A stretch of 20,000 nt of DNA from an uncultured virus (IMG/VR IMGVR_UViG_3300037067_003088) (taxonomy: Duplodnaviria > Heunggongvirae > Uroviricota > Caudoviricetes), in the IMG/VR virus record IMGVR_UViG_3300037067_003088, positions 50,953 through 70,952 of that record; one strand, 5' to 3'. Positions within the stretch are counted from its first letter, which is position 1. Every line of letters starts with the position of its first letter. The notes below the pieces were generated by a model, which saw only the letters and a list, made by a program, of their open reading frames with translations, was not told where the DNA came from and searched no databases. A program made the position numbers and the translations under genes. Below are positions 15,969 to 20,000 of this stretch, in pieces.

Positions 15969-16903
15969 TATTTATTTGCTCCCGGAGTGTATTCAACCCA
16001 TTGCTTACCATCGGATTTAAACCATTTATCGGATACCGGATCATGTGCGGTTTTTCCAGCATATTTTTGAGGAGAAAATCCCTGTGTAAATTTTTCGAGT
16101 TCCGCCTGATTATCGGCGTTATACTTCTGCTGTATCCGGTCGAAAACTTCCTGCCGCATGACCGTGTATTTCTTCACGGTTTTATTCGTGGTATTACCGG
16201 TGAGTTGGTCTTTCTCTTCTGTAACCGCCGTATATGGAACTCTTACATATCCAAGTTGATTTGCATAAGAGTCAAACTTTTTGATCGCAGGGTCTGTTTC
16301 GGGAACATTGTCAAAATCACCGGTCATTTTAACCAGTTCGCCGTAATAGTCATGTTCTTTCAGCTTTTTGGCGTTATCTTTATTTTTCTGCATGTTCTCC
16401 ATAGAAGTCTGAAAGATTTTTCCTATTTCTTCTCTTGTCTTCAAGGTATCCAGTTCGCCGGGGCCAAGAGCGGATTCCAGTTTTGAAAAATGTTCTCTCT
16501 GTTTTTCTACAGGCATCCCGGATTGCGTCCATTGGGTAGCAAGTTCTTGTCTTGGATTCACCCGTTCGTTCTGATAATCCCACTTTTTCTGTTTATCTAT
16601 TTCCGCTTGTTCCTGCTTCCGCGCCATATTCTCCTGAGCCGCTTCCATGCGTTTTTCATGTTCGATGGTGCGCTCGGTCTGCAACTCTTCCTGTTTCTGG
16701 CGGTTCAGGATGGATTGAGCGCCGAGAATATCCTTCTGGTTCTGTCCCAATATCTGTTCGCGCTGAAGGTTGAACCTGCTTTGTGAAAGAATACCCCGCG
16801 CCTCACGCTCTTTCGCCGCCGCCTTGAGAGAACTCAAATCCTGCAAGGTATTCCCGGTATTGCGGAGCGATTGCAATGTTAAACTGTATGGTTGATATGC
16901 CAC
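15968..16903 (-). CDS. Putative ejection/internal virion protein, coiled-coil rich (311 aa)
   Basis: GTG start with AAGGAGGT SD. Q/E/K-rich helical sequence. C-terminal DPVSDKWFKSDGKQWVEY hairpin motif. Located immediately before the giant protein. Confidence 0.72.
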   Translation of the reverse strand: MAYQPYSLTLQSLRNTGNTLQDLSSLKAAAKEREARGILSQSRFNLQREQILGQNQKDILGAQSILNRQKQEELQTERTIEHEKRMEAAQENMARKQEQAEIDKQKKWDYQNERVNPRQELATQWTQSGMPVEKQREHFSKLESALGPGELDTLKTREEIGKIFQTSMENMQKNKDNAKKLKEHDYYGELVKMTGDFDNVPETDPAIKKFDSYANQLGYVRVPYTAVTEEKDQLTGNTTNKTVKKYTVMRQEVFDRIQQKYNADNQAELEKFTQGFSPQKYAGKTAHDPVSDKWFKSDGKQWVEYTPGANK

Positions 16904-16924
16904 CGGAACACCTCCTTGTATATT

Positions 16925-17599
16925 TCAAAAAGAACTCAGGAATCCAGAAATAGCGCCGTAGAGTCCACCGCCAACAGCCCCAACCGGTCCGCCGAATGCT
17001 GCCCCAGCTATCGCCCCCGCAGCCGCGCCTTTCAATGCCGCTCCCGTCCGCTTCTGCGTTGTCTTGTTTTTCACCAGTCCACCGATACTTCCCACTTTCC
17101 TTGTGAATCTGTCGCCGCCGAGTTTACCTCCAGCGTAACCGGCAAGGGAAGGAATAGATGATTTTGCTATATTCGACATAGAGGAGAGCAAACCCCCGCC
17201 AGTCGCCGCTCCCTGCGCCGTATTTGCAAGTCCGGTTGGTGAACCCGCAACAAACTCACTCAATCCAACATTGGCAACCGGAGCGGTGGCGGATGACACG
17301 GCGGAAGCAGCCCCCGATCCTTTGGCGAGTTCGCTCAGATACGGATACGCTTTTATTCCGAGATTCGCGGATTCTATACCCAGGGATATGTTTGAATCCC
17401 TTACGGCCTGTTTCCTGGCCTCGCGGTCAAGCCCTATCTGCTCTTCGGTCATTTTGCGGTTGTATTCGGCCTGTTCCATTTCAGGAAGGTATTCGGCCAT
17501 GCCCTCTATGTAATCCTCTTCGGAAAACGCCGGTTGTCTTCCCCCGCTTACGGCCCCGATCTGCGGACTCACGAAATCCGATAGCCTTCTGATATTCAT
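16925..17599 (-). CDS. Putative ejection (pilot-type) protein with glycine-zipper C-terminus (224 aa)
   Basis: Gly/Ala/Ser-rich. Ends in GAALKGAAAGAIAGAAFGGPVGAVGGGLYGAISG (GxxxG repeats). Gene order resembles the T7 gp14-16 and P22 gp7-20-16 ejection cassettes. Confidence 0.7.
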   Translation of the reverse strand: MNIRRLSDFVSPQIGAVSGGRQPAFSEEDYIEGMAEYLPEMEQAEYNRKMTEEQIGLDREARKQAVRDSNISLGIESANLGIKAYPYLSELAKGSGAASAVSSATAPVANVGLSEFVAGSPTGLANTAQGAATGGGLLSSMSNIAKSSIPSLAGYAGGKLGGDRFTRKVGSIGGLVKNKTTQKRTGAALKGAAAGAIAGAAFGGPVGAVGGGLYGAISGFLSSF

Positions 17600-17600
17600 T

Positions 17601-17993
17601 TTATTTTCCCCCCAAAAGACTATTATGTTTTTTTATTTCATCTATAAGCATCTGGTCGCGTTCCGACTCGATACGGGCGTCTTCCTCGTCTTTTGCGGCC
17701 ATTACCACCTTATCCCATGCCGTAAGTCCCTGCAATCCCAGGTTGGCTACTCCGACTCCAAGAGCGGCTCCGGAGTCCTTTTTTGCAAGGGAAACGTCCT
17801 GCTTCTGTGAAGACAGGTTGTAATCGGACGCAAGCCGCTGAGCGCCCGCATTCGTCTGTGACGCGGTTTCCTGTCCGACCCTGCGGCCCATGTTTTCCAT
17901 GAACGGAGAAGCTGAGGCAACCGCCATTTGTTCCGGAGGCATCGAGGCAAGCTGCCTGAGTCCGGTGATGTATTGTTTCAATATTGACGGCAT
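17601..17993 (-). CDS. Putative small ejection/internal virion protein (130 aa)
   Basis: Purine-rich SD-like AGGGAAAGGG. Ala/Gln-rich with a central hydrophobic GAALGVGVANLGLQGL. Stop lies 1 nt before the next ATG. Confidence 0.68.
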   Translation of the reverse strand: MPSILKQYITGLRQLASMPPEQMAVASASPFMENMGRRVGQETASQTNAGAQRLASDYNLSSQKQDVSLAKKDSGAALGVGVANLGLQGLTAWDKVVMAAKDEEDARIESERDQMLIDEIKKHNSLLGGK

Positions 17994-18014
17994 AGCGTTT
18001 ACCCTTTCCCTGAA

Positions 18015-20000
18015 TCACTGCGTATTTTTACTCAACACTTGAAACGCCGATGTCATACCGGCAGGATATGTCACCGTGTCCTTTCCGCTTGTTCCCATCT
18101 GTGCGAACGTATACCATGCAGGGCTGACTCCGAGGCTGCACGTTCCCGCGAGATAGAAGATGTATGCGGATAATCCCGCCGCGTACCTTATACTGTCCCT
18201 GACCGCGTAGAGCGTTGTCGAGGGGTTCTTTGTGCCGGTTGTGTCAACGGTGACTTCGCGGGTGTTGTTCGTTACCATTGCCGACGCTATTGTCGGTTTT
18301 GCAGCCCAAGTACGGGCAGAGTCCTGCGCGGTGCTGATTTCACCATCGAGCTTTCCGCCCAATACCTTTACGGCGATATTATAGACCTTGTTCGGGTCTA
18401 ATCCGCCATACCGCTTACTGGTCGCTCCCGCCGCAGTGCTGTCGCTCCCGCCCATTCTCGCTCCGGTATATGCATTCACGAGGGCAAAGCCGCTTTCGTT
18501 TATTGTTCCATCCAACCATGTAACCAGAACGGAGTCTTTCGCTATCGCTGACACCACAACGGCACTCGGCGTTTTGTCGGATAGCACATACCGCAAGAGC
18601 AGTTTCGGGGCGCTTACCGTAATCCATGATACAACTGTCGTATCTGCCAGAGCAGAATCAGCGGCGGTCGTGACAAACCATCGCACCGTATCGGAACGAG
18701 CCGCGTAGACATCCGTAAGTGAAGCCTCTGTTCCCGGTATCTTCATGGTTGCCGCATAAGAGGATGTCGACCAGTCCGTAAATATATTATCTGCTGTATA
18801 CGCCCCAGATATGGCCCACCCGCTCCATCGGTATACTCTGGTATTTGTGGGAGTCCAATCAACCCACTTGCTGAGAAAATAATCGTAGTACCTTCCCAAA
18901 CCTTTCGCGCCGTAGATACGGAAATCCGTTGCGGTTCCGTCCGCTTCTCCGGTGAGTTGCAGGGAATCGGATATGGCGTCGTCCATTTCCGGGATGATGA
19001 ATTCAAGGCTTGCGCGGTGAAGCCTGTGTGAGGCCCCAACGCCCCATTGTCCAAGTGTATCAATGGCAGCCGTTGTCGTTCCCGCGGTGTCGTTACGGGC
19101 GGTCACATACGCCGCACTTCTTATGCTCCGATGCGTGTATGCGTTGAGAGCGGCTATTTCCGACCATCGAACATTCCCAATAGTCAGGTTTCCCCATGTA
19201 TAGGCAGTCTCAACGTCGTCGCCGTTCTTCGCCTTGACTCCGATTTTATGCTTTACCGTCGCCGATTGCCCGGTGATGTTCTCCGTGGTAAGCCACTGCG
19301 CCGCTGTCTGCCAGACTGCTGAAGTTGTTGCGCTTCCATCTGTGTCAATCCATTTCTGATTTGTGGAGTCCCGGATGGCGTATGTAACCGATGCATGGTT
19401 TGAACCCGCAAGATTCCCAATCGTGATTTTCGTGGAATCGTCGTAGTTCTCGGTGAACGCCCATGTCGGCGGGTTTGCGATGGCATACGATGTCGTCACG
19501 GTATCAAGGTTGGAGGATACATAAACACCGCCCGAATCCACTCGCGCCCGGAAGATATACTGTGTTCCTTGAGTCAGTCCGGTAACGGTCATGGTGCTGT
19601 CTGAAACGGTTGACAGTTTTGCAATCCACGTTCCACTATCGTCTACAATCGTAACCGAATCCACGCCCGATGAATGGTTCGGTGTAAAGGTGGCTACAAC
19701 ACTGCTATCGGTCGCCCCAGTCAGCCGGAAATTTGTAGGGGTATTTATAACGGATGTATAGGTGATTGAAAGGTATGTCTGTGTATCATTATAAAATGTC
19801 GTATATTCGGAACTGACAAGCACTTCAGAACTATCAATATCCCGGCTTGACAGCATTGCGAACTGAGTTGTTCCTGTCTTGTTTATTTCGGAAATTCCAG
19901 CATCTCTCAGGGTGAATGTTTTTACAATAACGGTATCGGCGTTCGTGTTTATGCTGTCCGCAAGATTCACCGTTGTATACTTGGATGTTGCGCTCCATCC
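18015..20000 (-). CDS. Large FN3/beta-sandwich repeat protein, putative tail or surface appendage; N-terminus outside the window (more than 661 aa)
   Basis: Frame stays open to position 20000 (GWSATSKYTT precedes the listed GTG). FN3 signatures TPTNFRLTGATDSSVVATF...TVTGLTQGTQYIFRARV and TPSAVVVSAIAKDSVLVTWLD..NESGF...GLDPNKVYNIAVKV. Ser/Thr-rich. Confidence 0.85.
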   Translation of the reverse strand, partial: GWSATSKYTTVNLADSINTNADTVIVKTFTLRDAGISEINKTGTTQFAMLSSRDIDSSEVLVSSEYTTFYNDTQTYLSITYTSVINTPTNFRLTGATDSSVVATFTPNHSSGVDSVTIVDDSGTWIAKLSTVSDSTMTVTGLTQGTQYIFRARVDSGGVYVSSNLDTVTTSYAIANPPTWAFTENYDDSTKITIGNLAGSNHASVTYAIRDSTNQKWIDTDGSATTSAVWQTAAQWLTTENITGQSATVKHKIGVKAKNGDDVETAYTWGNLTIGNVRWSEIAALNAYTHRSIRSAAYVTARNDTAGTTTAAIDTLGQWGVGASHRLHRASLEFIIPEMDDAISDSLQLTGEADGTATDFRIYGAKGLGRYYDYFLSKWVDWTPTNTRVYRWSGWAISGAYTADNIFTDWSTSSYAATMKIPGTEASLTDVYAARSDTVRWFVTTAADSALADTTVVSWITVSAPKLLLRYVLSDKTPSAVVVSAIAKDSVLVTWLDGTINESGFALVNAYTGARMGGSDSTAAGATSKRYGGLDPNKVYNIAVKVLGGKLDGEISTAQDSARTWAAKPTIASAMVTNNTREVTVDTTGTKNPSTTLYAVRDSIRYAAGLSAYIFYLAGTCSLGVSPAWYTFAQMGTSGKDTVTYPAGMTSAFQVLSKNTQ

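Larger units (their letters stand above)
1..20000 (-). mobile_element. Tailed phage/prophage late region (virion accessory, ejection and lysis modules; podovirus-like organisation)
   Basis: Co-oriented, translationally coupled genes. Cluster of small Gly/Ala-rich proteins followed by a giant polyvalent protein, then endolysin-like and holin-like genes and a phage-type phosphoesterase. No housekeeping genes. No capsid, terminase or integrase in the window, so free phage versus prophage cannot be decided. Confidence 0.88.

Noticed and set aside
7305..16786. Long plus-strand ORFs (for example 7305-7928, 10242-10769, 14937-15638, 15854-16486)
   Set aside because: Antisense shadows of long minus-strand genes with Phe/Ser/Arg-biased composition and no translation signals.
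1..20000. Stop-codon reassignment, CRISPR array, tRNA genes, introns or inteins
   Set aside because: TAA, TAG and TGA all end genes at tight junctions and coding density is near complete under code 11. No repeat-spacer array, cloverleaf, interrupted gene or intein splice motifs were noticed by eye.

Overview
This window is a 20-kb piece of a tailed-phage (or prophage) genome, most likely podovirus-like. All credible genes are on the minus strand, tightly packed, with ATGA/TAATG/TGATG overlaps and strong Shine-Dalgarno sites. In transcription order (right to left): a truncated FN3/beta-sandwich repeat protein, three Gly/Ala-rich or coiled-coil putative ejection proteins, a 2885-aa polyvalent protein (ART-like, SH3-like and HExxxH metallopeptidase-like modules), a TM/coiled-coil protein, a DUF5675-like endolysin candidate, a stand-alone 64-aa NrdD glycyl-radical-loop protein, a 1330-aa signal-peptide-bearing double beta-helix/LamG protein, a membrane protein, a holin-like protein, a small hypothetical, a calcineurin-like phosphoesterase and a small HTH/Myb-like protein. 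These are followed by a structured 160-nt non-coding segment, an intrinsic terminator, and a perfect TTGACA-N17-TATAAT promoter driving a Zn-ribbon gene cut by the window edge. The most striking signal is that the two beta-rich surface-type proteins are densely packed with D-(S/T)-(A/I/L/V/M/T) tripeptides, the Bacteroidota-type O-glycosylation sequon. The giant injected protein almost lacks them, and one of the two proteins has a Sec signal peptide. All family assignments come from motif recognition by eye, with no database searches, and all counts are manual.
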